The notes below the pieces were generated by a model. The model saw nothing but the letters and a program-made list of their open reading frames with translations. It did not search any database and had not been told where the DNA came from. A stretch of DNA of 64,000 bases from Flavobacteriales bacterium (GTDB lineage Bacteria > Bacteroidota > Bacteroidia > Flavobacteriales > UBA7312), in NCBI GenBank assembly GCA_049890095.1, contig JBMHCD010000009.1, forward strand, positions 169,366 to 233,365, written 5' to 3'. Position numbers and translations under genes: made by a program. This document shows, piece after piece, positions 20,007 to 29,459 of the stretch; the stretch's first letter is position 1, and the number at the start of each line of letters is the position of its first letter.

Positions 20007-21953
20007 TTGGAACACACCATCGATACTCAGTACTGCAACAGCCTTAGCAAGTACTCCAGACTAAAAACAAGAGAGGTAATGGTAGGTAATATTGGCGTTG
20101 GCGGAAATAATCCTATTCGTATTCAATCTATGACTACTACCGATACCATGGACACTATTGCTACTGTAGAACAATCGATTAGAATGATAGAAGCAGGCTG
20201 CGAAATAGTTCGGATAACTGCACCAAGTAAAAAAGAAGCTTTAAACCTAAAAAATATAAAAGATGAGTTGGCAAAAAGAGGGTATAATACTCCATTAGTT
20301 GCCGATATTCATTTTACCCCAAACGCTGCCGAAATTGCAGCTCGTATTGTAGATAAGGTTCGAGTAAACCCTGGCAATTATGCCGATAAGAAAAAGTTTG
20401 AACACATTGAATACAACGATCAATCGTATCAAGACGAATTAAAACGTATCGAAGAACGTTTTGTTCCTCTAGTTCGAATTTGCAAAGAGGAAGGTACCGC
20501 AATGCGAATAGGTACTAACCACGGCTCTTTGTCCGATCGAATTTTGAGTAGATATGGAGATACCCCATTGGGGATGGTAGAGTCTGCTTTAGAATTTTTG
20601 CGTATTTGTAAGAAGGAAGACTACCATAATATTGTTCTTTCTATGAAGGCTAGTAATACTCAAGTAATGATACAAGCCTACCGGTTACTTATCGTAAAAA
20701 TGAGAGAAGAAAACATGAATTACCCCCTTCATTTGGGAGTTACAGAAGCTGGAGAAGGAGAAGATGGTAGAATAAAATCGGCGGTTGGTATTGGTACGTT
20801 GTTGGAAGATGGTATTGGCGATACCGTACGTGTTTCTTTGACCGAAGAACCAGAGTTTGAAATACCAGTTGCCAAAGAATTGGTAAAGCGATACCAAAAA
20901 AGAAAGTTGCATCAGCCAATGGATGAAATCAAACATTTTGCTGTAGACCCTTTTAACTACAATCGAAGAAATACAAATGAAGTATTAAACATAGGAGGAA
21001 AAAATGTACCTGTTGTAATAGCAGACTTTTGCTTGAAATCAAAAATTACTCCAGCTTCTTTTTTCGCATTAGGATATCAATATTCTGTTCCATTAGACAA
21101 ATGGAATATTGGCGATATGGCCTGCGATTATGTATTTATTGGAGATCATCAAATAGACTTCGAAATTCCAGGGACCTTATCAATAATTTGCAATTATGAA
21201 AATTGGCTTAAAAATAAAGACAAAGAAAGGACCTATCCTTTTCTGACTGTAAAACAATATGGTCAACAAAACGAATTTTCCCATCAGCTAAATATCATAT
21301 ATGCTTGTGCTGAGGATATGAAACCAGAGTTCATTGAGAAAATAAAATCGGACTCCACTGCCGTATTGCTCATTGATACCTACAATAGCCATGGAATGGC
21401 AGAACAACGTACTATTTTTGCTAAACTAATGGAATTCGATTGCCAAACTCCCGTAATTATTGGTAGAGCTTACGGAAACCTAAGTATTGAACAACTGCAG
21501 CTACATAGCGCTACTGATATGGGGGCACTACTAAACGATGGATTAGGTGATGGAATTTTTATTGCCGCCGAAAATTGTGGCTCAGACCAAATGATTAATC
21601 AAACTGCATTTGGAATTTTGCAAGCAAGCAGAACTCGTATTTCTAAAACAGAATATATTTCTTGCCCTTCTTGTGGTAGAACTCTTTTTGATTTACAAGA
21701 AACAACTGCCAAAATAAGAGCTAAAACTAACCACCTAAAAGGAGTTAAAATAGGAATTATGGGTTGCATAGTAAACGGACCAGGAGAAATGGCTGATGCC
21801 GACTACGGATATGTAGGAACAGGAGTAGGTAAAATAACTTTATACAAAGAAAAAGAAGTGGTTCAACGAAACATAGAGGAAAATGAAGCCGTTGATGCAC
21901 TTATTGACCTCATTAAAAAACATGGTGATTGGGTCGATCCAATCCAAAATTAA
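20007..21953 (+). CDS. ispG: 4-hydroxy-3-methylbut-2-en-1-yl diphosphate synthase, long three-domain form
   Basis: NPIRIQSMTTTDT...RITAP...RVNPGN...GTNHGSL in the TIM-barrel domain. A roughly 270-aa insert follows, then the C-terminal 4Fe-4S domain CPSCGRT...GCIVNGPGE. The only in-frame start that retains the conserved N-terminus is TTG 20007. Confidence 0.9.
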   Translation: MEHTIDTQYCNSLSKYSRLKTREVMVGNIGVGGNNPIRIQSMTTTDTMDTIATVEQSIRMIEAGCEIVRITAPSKKEALNLKNIKDELAKRGYNTPLVADIHFTPNAAEIAARIVDKVRVNPGNYADKKKFEHIEYNDQSYQDELKRIEERFVPLVRICKEEGTAMRIGTNHGSLSDRILSRYGDTPLGMVESALEFLRICKKEDYHNIVLSMKASNTQVMIQAYRLLIVKMREENMNYPLHLGVTEAGEGEDGRIKSAVGIGTLLEDGIGDTVRVSLTEEPEFEIPVAKELVKRYQKRKLHQPMDEIKHFAVDPFNYNRRNTNEVLNIGGKNVPVVIADFCLKSKITPASFFALGYQYSVPLDKWNIGDMACDYVFIGDHQIDFEIPGTLSIICNYENWLKNKDKERTYPFLTVKQYGQQNEFSHQLNIIYACAEDMKPEFIEKIKSDSTAVLLIDTYNSHGMAEQRTIFAKLMEFDCQTPVIIGRAYGNLSIEQLQLHSATDMGALLNDGLGDGIFIAAENCGSDQMINQTAFGILQASRTRISKTEYISCPSCGRTLFDLQETTAKIRAKTNHLKGVKIGIMGCIVNGPGEMADADYGYVGTGVGKITLYKEKEVVQRNIEENEAVDALIDLIKKHGDWVDPIQN

Positions 21954-21975
21954 CTTCTTTTTCATTGATTAAATT

Positions 21976-22006
21976 AAAAGCCCGAGCGATTTGTTCGGGC
22001 TTTTTT
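21976..22006. terminator. bidirectional rho-independent terminator between convergent ispG and the nucleotidyltransferase gene
   Basis: AGCCCGAGC pairs with GTTCGGGCT, flanked by an A-run on the left and T6 on the right. Confidence 0.75.
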
Positions 22007-22014
22007 GTTTAGAA

Positions 22015-22914
22015 TTAACTCCAAAGATTTTTAGGGTATATTCCTTTTTCAATTTGCTTATTAATGGCTTGTATTGCCATAGGTTTATCTGCCTTGTAAG
22101 TAACACCAAACCAATTATCCTTTGTTGGTATAACCTCAACAGACATTATGTTCTCCTCTATTAAATCGGTAACTACTTTAGGAATATAATATTCTGCTTT
22201 AGGATCCTTACTGTTATCCTTAATAAACTGATTAAGTCCTTTTTGAATATGATCAAAAATAGACGGATGAAAGCCCCAATAATTCATCGATACTTTTGAC
22301 GATCCATCCACTTCTTTTTTCTCTAATTCCGGATCCACATCATAATATACTTTTTGTCCTACGCTTGTAATTTTAGTGCGTTCTACTACCTCTATCAAAT
22401 GGTTGTCTTTATCTAAAGTACAAACTCCTCTATTTACAGTACCATGTTCGGATAAGGTATTACTCAATACATAACCAATCATAGACATTTTGGAAGGAGA
22501 ACACTGATTCATTAAATATTCAGCCATTAACTCGAACGATTGTGCTCCATAATAATCATCTGCATTAATTACTGCAAATGGTTCATTAATAAATGGTTGA
22601 GCAACCAAAACAGCGTGTGATGTTCCCCACGGTTTTTGTCGTTCTACCAAATCAATTCCTTCCATCTCTATTTGTACAGGCTGAAAAGCATATTCTATCT
22701 TAATTCGTTGTTTAAAGGTATCAAACCTATCTTTAAATGCTTGTTCAAATTCTTTGCGAATAACAAATACAATTTTACCAAAACCAGAATTTATCGCATC
22801 ATAAATAGAATATTCAATAATTGGCTCTTGATTCGGTCCGATTCCATCAATTTGTTTTAGCCCTCCATAACGAGAACCCATTCCTGCTGCTAAAATCAAT
22901 AAAGTAGGTTTCAT
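22015..22914 (-). CDS. sugar-phosphate nucleotidyltransferase family protein
   Basis: N-terminal LILAAGMGSRYGGLKQ, the NTP-transferase G-x-G-x-R motif. Substrate not inferable. Confidence 0.7.
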   Translation of the reverse strand: MKPTLLILAAGMGSRYGGLKQIDGIGPNQEPIIEYSIYDAINSGFGKIVFVIRKEFEQAFKDRFDTFKQRIKIEYAFQPVQIEMEGIDLVERQKPWGTSHAVLVAQPFINEPFAVINADDYYGAQSFELMAEYLMNQCSPSKMSMIGYVLSNTLSEHGTVNRGVCTLDKDNHLIEVVERTKITSVGQKVYYDVDPELEKKEVDGSSKVSMNYWGFHPSIFDHIQKGLNQFIKDNSKDPKAEYYIPKVVTDLIEENIMSVEVIPTKDNWFGVTYKADKPMAIQAINKQIEKGIYPKNLWS

Positions 22915-22945
22915 AAATAATTTTTTTGCGAAAATAACTAATATA

Positions 22946-24823
22946 TCAATTGCTTAAAAACTCAATAGAAATGGACTGTATTTCTATCCTTCTTTCATAA
23001 GCTGCATTTATACTATACACCGATTGCCTTCTATCGTTGGGGTTATCGCTTACCTCTTTGCTTGCCCTACTTTCTCCCATTGGCAATTCATTTATTATTA
23101 TACGCCCATTTTCCAGATAAGGGAGCAATACTCCATTATCGTACATTTGTAAATAATTTAACACACTAGATATTCTTCTTTTGGATAAACTTTGGTTGTA
23201 TAGCTTATTTGTAAGTGGACTAGTAAAACCAATTAAATTAAGCTCAACTTTGGCTTGTAATTGCATGGCATATAGCAACTGACTGGCAAACAAATCGAGT
23301 TGATTCATTCCTTTTTTAACCATAGAATCAAAAAACACTTCCATATCTCTTTCTGCCTTTTTCTTCAACTTACCATTCAATACTTGAGCAAATTTTTCTA
23401 TATAAATTGATTTGCGTTGATAAAAAGATTGATAGGCATTCGCATAACTAATGGTAGTTATAGAATCTGTACTTTTTGGATTAGGTTCGTCGTTGTGAAA
23501 AAATAGCTGGAGTGGTAAATGAAGTTGTAACTCCTGAACTAAGCTATCTTGCTCTTTGCAAATACAATCGTCTGTTTTTTCGAAAGCATATATATCGTTA
23601 CAACAACTTTCGTTGCTAATATAAAACGATCCCATTCGGTTAGACGTCAGATAACCAATATTAGGATTATCTATTTTTGAAGTGTAATACAAATCATTAT
23701 GGCTACTGTTTAATGGTAAGCCAATATTTTTTGATTTTGTCCATCTATCGTTCCAAGTGTTTTGAAAAATATCATAGCCACCAATATTAGGCCAAAAATC
23801 AGAACTAAAATACAACACTTGCTCTACGGAATGGTAAAAAGGAGTTACCTCATTTCCAATAGAGTTTATTTCATTTCCTAAATTTATAGCCTGATTATCC
23901 ATAGAAACAAACCAAATATCAAGCTGCCCTTTTCCACCCGGTCTATCAGACGATAGAAATAATCCTTCTTGCCCATTCCAAAAAGCCCATTGTGGATGAG
24001 TATTTGTACTATTAGAAGGATTAAAAGATGATGGCATTAATACAGGTTTAGACCACATTTTATCCTTATAAAATGACGTATAAATTTGACAACGCATACT
24101 TCCTTCAAAAGATTTACACTTGGTAAAAAATAATTGATCTGCAGTAGGGTTAAACGATATATTTCCTACATGAAAATCAGAACTATTCAATAGCTTAAAT
24201 TCTTCTGCAGTTTGCCTATTAATACTTTTATATATTTTAGAATGATGACCAAAAAAGTTTTCACTATTTAAACCATCTGATTTTACTAAAGATGAGAAAA
24301 ACAAAACCGAATCGAAAGCAAAGGGAGCAAAATCAGATTCATTAGAATTTACAGCTCTATCCAAGTGAGAAATTTGTATGTCTAGTGGCTGCAATAACTT
24401 GGCTAATTCGGCACCTTTTAATTGAAACAATGCGTTTTTGTAACGTTGGTCTGTAGTATTTGGGTGAGTATTTAAAAATTCTCTCAAATAATCTGATGCT
24501 AAATTATATTGCTGCATATTTTTATAGCTTACTCCAAGCCAGTATAGAGCCATAGGATAATTTAATCCTTGATCAAATTGCCAAACCTTTTCATAAAAAT
24601 ATACTGCTTTTTGATATTGATTGGTTAGTCGATAACTCTGAGCCATATCAAACCATAAATCCGATTGTGTACTATCCTGCTGATATATCAAATCAAAATA
24701 ATATACCGCACTGAAATAATCTTTTAGTTGATAATGATACTTTGCCTGTTGAACGATATCTTCTTGGGCTAAGACAGTTGAAAAGGAAAAAAGAAAACAT
24801 AAAATTGTTAAGTAATTTCTCAT
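22946..24823 (-). CDS. PorE-like OmpA-family protein (TPR, PD40/TolB-like beta-propeller, OmpA_C)
   Basis: Signal peptide MRNYLTILCFLFSFSTVLAQ. The N-terminal region has TPR-like repeats. PD40-like repeats follow (ESDFAPFAF, NISFNPTADQLFF, GQLDIWF, YFSSDF..GGYDIF). The C-terminus LIGFTSPLTN..YNQSLSKRRISSV...RRIEI is OmpA-like. The preferred ATG 24823 overlaps the upstream stop as ATGA. Confidence 0.7.
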   Translation of the reverse strand: MRNYLTILCFLFSFSTVLAQEDIVQQAKYHYQLKDYFSAVYYFDLIYQQDSTQSDLWFDMAQSYRLTNQYQKAVYFYEKVWQFDQGLNYPMALYWLGVSYKNMQQYNLASDYLREFLNTHPNTTDQRYKNALFQLKGAELAKLLQPLDIQISHLDRAVNSNESDFAPFAFDSVLFFSSLVKSDGLNSENFFGHHSKIYKSINRQTAEEFKLLNSSDFHVGNISFNPTADQLFFTKCKSFEGSMRCQIYTSFYKDKMWSKPVLMPSSFNPSNSTNTHPQWAFWNGQEGLFLSSDRPGGKGQLDIWFVSMDNQAINLGNEINSIGNEVTPFYHSVEQVLYFSSDFWPNIGGYDIFQNTWNDRWTKSKNIGLPLNSSHNDLYYTSKIDNPNIGYLTSNRMGSFYISNESCCNDIYAFEKTDDCICKEQDSLVQELQLHLPLQLFFHNDEPNPKSTDSITTISYANAYQSFYQRKSIYIEKFAQVLNGKLKKKAERDMEVFFDSMVKKGMNQLDLFASQLLYAMQLQAKVELNLIGFTSPLTNKLYNQSLSKRRISSVLNYLQMYDNGVLLPYLENGRIIINELPMGESRASKEVSDNPNDRRQSVYSINAAYERRIEIQSISIEFLSN

Positions 24824-25746
24824 AAAAAAGATGGACAAGCTTGATAATTAGGTCGAGTTACGGATAAATGTTTAAGAGTGTAAGTTAATAGTATCTCCCA
24901 TGCCCCAAAATTATTGGTTGCAGGAGAAAGGTCAGAAACGTTAAAATCATAATTAAAACTAATAAACGTTTGTTGATAATGGGCTCCTATAAAAAATGCT
25001 ATCGCATCATCGTATCTATAGTTTGATCCCATGGATAGTTTAATATTTTTTTCAATGGTATTTAGGTCATAACTAAATTCACCCCCTATGTTTAACTGTC
25101 GTTGTTTGTCCTGTACACTCAAAAGTAATGAAGGATAAAATTTTAGTTGATTCGACAATTCCCACTCCATAACCGAAAAGATATGATGTGTAAATGGAAT
25201 TATATCTGGCTGACTCAAAAACGACTGATCAGGACGATTTAAGTGTGAAATAGAATAGCCAAACTGTAGCTCTTTATCAAAGCTTAAATTGAGTTGTCTA
25301 TTAAAACCAAAACCTACATCTAAATAATTTTTATTTAACGATTCTATTTGTTCACCTGGATCAATAAAAACTAAGTCAGTATAATCAATACTTCTGTTTG
25401 CAAAACCAACATATAGTCCCACTCTCCAATTATTTATTTCTCTGGAATAATTAAGCTTAAAATTTGTTTGAGAAAGACGGGAACTACCTGCCTGATCTAC
25501 AACTAATTGAGCTCCAAACCCATTTTTTTTTAATGGTATATCAACACTCATTGCAGTAGTATTAAAAGGAATAGAAACGCTAGCCCATTGCTCTCTTTGC
25601 TGAAAGTTAAAACGTGCTCTATCTTCGGATGCTCCAGCAAAACTTGGCGAAACATATAATGGGTTTTTTGTCCATTGTGTAAAATGAATGTCTTGCCCGT
25701 AAGCAAATGAAAGAGACAAACAACATATTAAAAATACACTTCTCAT
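24820..25746 (-). CDS. PorP/SprF-family type IX secretion membrane protein
   Basis: From ATG 25746: MRSVFLICCLSLSFAYGQDIHFTQWTKNPLYVSPSFAG, the family N-terminal hallmark, then a beta-barrel-like pattern ending ...EILLTYTL. The ATG overlaps the cargo stop as ATGA. Confidence 0.8.
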   Translation of the reverse strand: MRSVFLICCLSLSFAYGQDIHFTQWTKNPLYVSPSFAGASEDRARFNFQQREQWASVSIPFNTTAMSVDIPLKKNGFGAQLVVDQAGSSRLSQTNFKLNYSREINNWRVGLYVGFANRSIDYTDLVFIDPGEQIESLNKNYLDVGFGFNRQLNLSFDKELQFGYSISHLNRPDQSFLSQPDIIPFTHHIFSVMEWELSNQLKFYPSLLLSVQDKQRQLNIGGEFSYDLNTIEKNIKLSMGSNYRYDDAIAFFIGAHYQQTFISFNYDFNVSDLSPATNNFGAWEILLTYTLKHLSVTRPNYQACPSFL

Positions 25747-28700
25747 CGAATTAGAGTTACATCTCCTTTCTTGAAAAAAAGTTGATCTCTGCCTAAACAA
25801 CCAACAGTTAGGTGATAGTCGAAAACGGAAGATGGTTGTAGTTTACCTTTAAAGTAACCGTCCCATTTTAAATTTATATTATTAGATTGAAACACTTTTT
25901 GCCCCCATCGATTAAAAATCTGTAAGTCAAACTCATTTACGATTTGATTATTATCAAGAATTTCAAAATAATCATTGATCAAATCACCATTTGGTGAAAA
26001 AGCATTAGGAATAATTATTTTCTTATCCGAACAACAATCGGAATCAAGCTGAGCATTAACCTCTCCTACTTTGTAACACCCATTAGCACTTACCGAAACG
26101 TAGTAAGTTCCAGGAGAATTAATTAAAAATGAATCGGTATTTATTGATGTTATAAAACTCGGAGTTGCAGACCAAACAAAATCAATCGAATCGGTAGATG
26201 AAGCTGTAAGATAAATTTGATTACTACAATACTCAACCAAGGAATTGAAGGATAAATCAACATCGGAAACATTTATGGTTTGGATAACCGTATCGGCACA
26301 GTTATTGGATGTTCCTATTCTGAAATACGTAATTGTGTCTGTAGGGCTAGCTAAGGAGCTTGCCTCATATGGTGTTTGCAAATATATTGAAGGAATCCAG
26401 CTATACTCAAATTCTGGCTCTGAAGGAGCTGTAATCAAAATACTTTCTCCTGAACAAATATTTGTTGTATCTAATACTTCAAAAATATTTTCTCTCAACA
26501 AAACTTGCTGACTTACCGTATCCGAGATATTACATGCCAAAGAATCCGTTACGACTAATATCACTTCAAACAAATCATAGCTATTATAATCATTGCTTGG
26601 GTTTTGTTCTTCAGAAGTTTGACCATCTCCAAATTGCCAAAAAGAGTCATACGAATTTTCAGATTGCGATGAGTTTTGAAATGGTACTGTTAAATCGCAA
26701 CTTACAGATGGAGTTATAAATTGGGCACTAATACTACCTTCAACTAAAATAGTTTGTTCTAGGGTGTCGCTACAATTTTCGAAAACACCAACTAAATAAT
26801 ATGTAAATTCTCCTGAAGACTCAGGGTTAAAAGTTGTACTAATTGAATTAGGATTACTTAAAAACTGTGAGGGGGTCCACTCATATTCAAAGCCATCGAT
26901 TGCCGTTCCGGAAATGAGCACATTTTCTTCATTACAAATCAATAAATCATCAGCCTGTTCATAAATGTTAAATCGAATCTCAACCTCCTTAGTAATACTA
27001 TCTACCATATTACACGATATTGGATCAAAACTATATAATGTTACTTCAAATATTCCCTCTGAAGAATATTCGTGAGCTGGGTTAAACTCATTAGATGTAG
27101 TTCCATCTCCAAAGTTCCACTCATAAGTGTTATTATCTCCAAGACTAATATTTTCGAAAGTAACGTTTGGCTCACAAGTAAATGGCACAACATTAAAATT
27201 CGCTATGGTTAGAGGAAACTGTGGGTCGTACTTAAAAACTGCGTTATTACAATTAGTCGAATTATTTTGAGAAGAATATGCTCCGGGAGTAGTAGGAAAA
27301 TCGGAATTTCCACCACAACCAGCACAAACTGATTGATAGACAATACCTTGCTTATCAAATCTACTAGTTCCTCCATCGACATGTTCGTTCGAAATAGGTC
27401 CCCCAAAAAAAGAGGCATAAGAAAGTGTATTTCCATTATCCTCTAAAATAATAAGGTAAAAATCACTCCCATCTGTGGTTGACTGAAAAGCATCAAAAGT
27501 AGTGGTAAGATTAGTTGTACTACCTCCAGGACCTCCATTAAGAACGCTATTTGTTGTTCCACCCCAACCAGAACAATACACTCTATTGCATGCATCCACC
27601 AAAAAAGCTGTTGGAGAAATATCAATTTGTCCAGAACCTGAACCAAACACGGTAGAAAAAATTTGATTGGATAAATCGCCATTTAACTTTGCAACAAATT
27701 GAGCACTATTAGCCTCAAAAAAGTTTGCATTGTCAACAAGAGTAAGATCTGGAGCAAGACTTTGACCAAAAATATAGATATCATTTTGGCTATCCATTTC
27801 TATAAAATATGCTTGATCATATTGATCAGAACCAAAAAAAGTAGAGGATAAAATTTCATCTCCACTTTTTGGAAAACGACTAACAAATGCATCACAAACG
27901 CCACCTAAATAATTAGTAGCATATGCGTTATTAGTAACAGTAAAATCCGAAGATGTAGTACCTCCGCTAATATATATTTCAGTTTCATTAAAGGATAGCG
28001 AATAAATTGCATCGTCACCACTTCCACCCCAGTAACTACTCCAGTCTATTTCTGACAAATCCAAATTAATTTTGACAATTATCCCTTCTTGGCTACCATT
28101 ATTATTTGCTTGTATTTGACCTCCAACAATTGGAAAATCTGTAGAAAAAGTAGAGGAAGCTACATAGCAATTTCCATCTTCATCAATATCAATCTCACCA
28201 CGAATTTGATCAGCGTAGTTAAATCGTAAAACTCCAGAGTTATTAAAGCCATCATTATCGGTGCCTCCTAAAAAAGTGGATGCAATTAATTCCGTTCCAT
28301 CGGCACTAAATCTGCTTACAACAATATCACAACCATTTGTATAATTTATTCCTATTCCATTTCCCAATAATGGTGGGCCAGAATTAAATGTGTTATCAAA
28401 AGCATTGGCAGTGGCAGGAAAGTCTAAAGACCCTGTAGTTCCAAGCATAAATAATTCGTCGTTATATACAATTAGACTATGGGGCACTTCATCGGATGCC
28501 CCTCCCAAATAAGTAGAATACTCCAAAGAGGTTCCGTCTTGGCTATATTTAGTTAATACAATATCCGTTCCGATAACTCCTCCATTATAGTCTGTTTGAT
28601 AAGCTCCTATAGTTGTAGGATATCCAAAATCAAATGCTACTCCACCAGAATACAAAAATCCATTTTCATCATTAGTTGCCGTAAATCCAAAATTACTTGC

Positions 28701-29426
28701 TGTAGATCCAGAAAATGTAGAAAATATCATTAATGGGTCAATTACTAAATCATAATTTTTATCGTATCCATCTGGAAAAATAAAAGATAACTTTTTGTTT
28801 TTTAATTTAAAACGACATTCTACCTTTACCTGTTCTCCATTAATTATTTGGTATGCAAATGGAGCTTCTTCAATTAAATGATTTACACTAGTACGAATAT
28901 GTAATCTTCCTTCAACAATTTTAATATTTTCAACTCCATCAATTTGAAGCTTAATATCTTTAGGGTTACCTCCTTTTTTGACTATCCAATCGTACTTTAA
29001 CGAATTGCCATAACCATATATTCTGTAATCAATAAAGTCATAAATGTTGAGGTAAGTGCTTTGTTGATAACGCTTAAGATTTACAGCATTATTGGTAGAT
29101 AAATAATAATGATGGACTCCCAATAAAATATTTTGAAAAGATATTTTAGGATTATTTGCCTCCAAAAATGTCCATTGAAAAGAATGGCCATTCATACGCC
29201 CTAAGGGAGTATGATTATCATGAGCGTCCTTTATTTGTTGATGATCAACAAAATTAAAGGTTAGACGATTACTTTCTAAAAACAAAGCTCCTCCAGGAAC
29301 GTCTACTTTGGCGATGAAATCATTTTTCCATTGACCTTTGTTTTTGATAAAGTAACAACTGCTTTCATGTCCATACGTAATAGCAGAAACAAAAATGACT
29401 AACAAAAAAACGCATCGTAATCGCAT
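25743..29426 (-). CDS. large secreted surface protein: SBBP-type beta-propeller repeats, 2 PKD-like modules, type B T9SS C-terminal sorting domain
   Basis: Signal peptide MRLRCVFLLVIFVSAITYG. The repeated motifs are YSTYLGGASDE, ASTFLGGTDND, WSSYWGGSGDD, SSTFFGSDQYD and YASFFGGPISNE. WNFGDG and WQFGDG mark the PKD cores. The last 91 aa (25746-26018), IIIPNAFSPNGDLINDYFEI...FNRWGQKVF...KGDVTLIR, match the gliding-motility/CHU_C type B CTD. Confidence 0.8.
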   Translation of the reverse strand: MRLRCVFLLVIFVSAITYGHESSCYFIKNKGQWKNDFIAKVDVPGGALFLESNRLTFNFVDHQQIKDAHDNHTPLGRMNGHSFQWTFLEANNPKISFQNILLGVHHYYLSTNNAVNLKRYQQSTYLNIYDFIDYRIYGYGNSLKYDWIVKKGGNPKDIKLQIDGVENIKIVEGRLHIRTSVNHLIEEAPFAYQIINGEQVKVECRFKLKNKKLSFIFPDGYDKNYDLVIDPLMIFSTFSGSTASNFGFTATNDENGFLYSGGVAFDFGYPTTIGAYQTDYNGGVIGTDIVLTKYSQDGTSLEYSTYLGGASDEVPHSLIVYNDELFMLGTTGSLDFPATANAFDNTFNSGPPLLGNGIGINYTNGCDIVVSRFSADGTELIASTFLGGTDNDGFNNSGVLRFNYADQIRGEIDIDEDGNCYVASSTFSTDFPIVGGQIQANNNGSQEGIIVKINLDLSEIDWSSYWGGSGDDAIYSLSFNETEIYISGGTTSSDFTVTNNAYATNYLGGVCDAFVSRFPKSGDEILSSTFFGSDQYDQAYFIEMDSQNDIYIFGQSLAPDLTLVDNANFFEANSAQFVAKLNGDLSNQIFSTVFGSGSGQIDISPTAFLVDACNRVYCSGWGGTTNSVLNGGPGGSTTNLTTTFDAFQSTTDGSDFYLIILEDNGNTLSYASFFGGPISNEHVDGGTSRFDKQGIVYQSVCAGCGGNSDFPTTPGAYSSQNNSTNCNNAVFKYDPQFPLTIANFNVVPFTCEPNVTFENISLGDNNTYEWNFGDGTTSNEFNPAHEYSSEGIFEVTLYSFDPISCNMVDSITKEVEIRFNIYEQADDLLICNEENVLISGTAIDGFEYEWTPSQFLSNPNSISTTFNPESSGEFTYYLVGVFENCSDTLEQTILVEGSISAQFITPSVSCDLTVPFQNSSQSENSYDSFWQFGDGQTSEEQNPSNDYNSYDLFEVILVVTDSLACNISDTVSQQVLLRENIFEVLDTTNICSGESILITAPSEPEFEYSWIPSIYLQTPYEASSLASPTDTITYFRIGTSNNCADTVIQTINVSDVDLSFNSLVEYCSNQIYLTASSTDSIDFVWSATPSFITSINTDSFLINSPGTYYVSVSANGCYKVGEVNAQLDSDCCSDKKIIIPNAFSPNGDLINDYFEILDNNQIVNEFDLQIFNRWGQKVFQSNNINLKWDGYFKGKLQPSSVFDYHLTVGCLGRDQLFFKKGDVTLIR

Positions 29427-29459
29427 GAGACCCTAATAAAAAGTAAATCCTGATTATTC

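Noticed and set aside
29404-29410. T7 run in codons 6-8 of the T9SS cargo gene as a phase-variation switch
   Set aside because: Homopolymers of 7 are common in this AT-rich sequence, the gene is intact, and there is no evidence of length heterogeneity.
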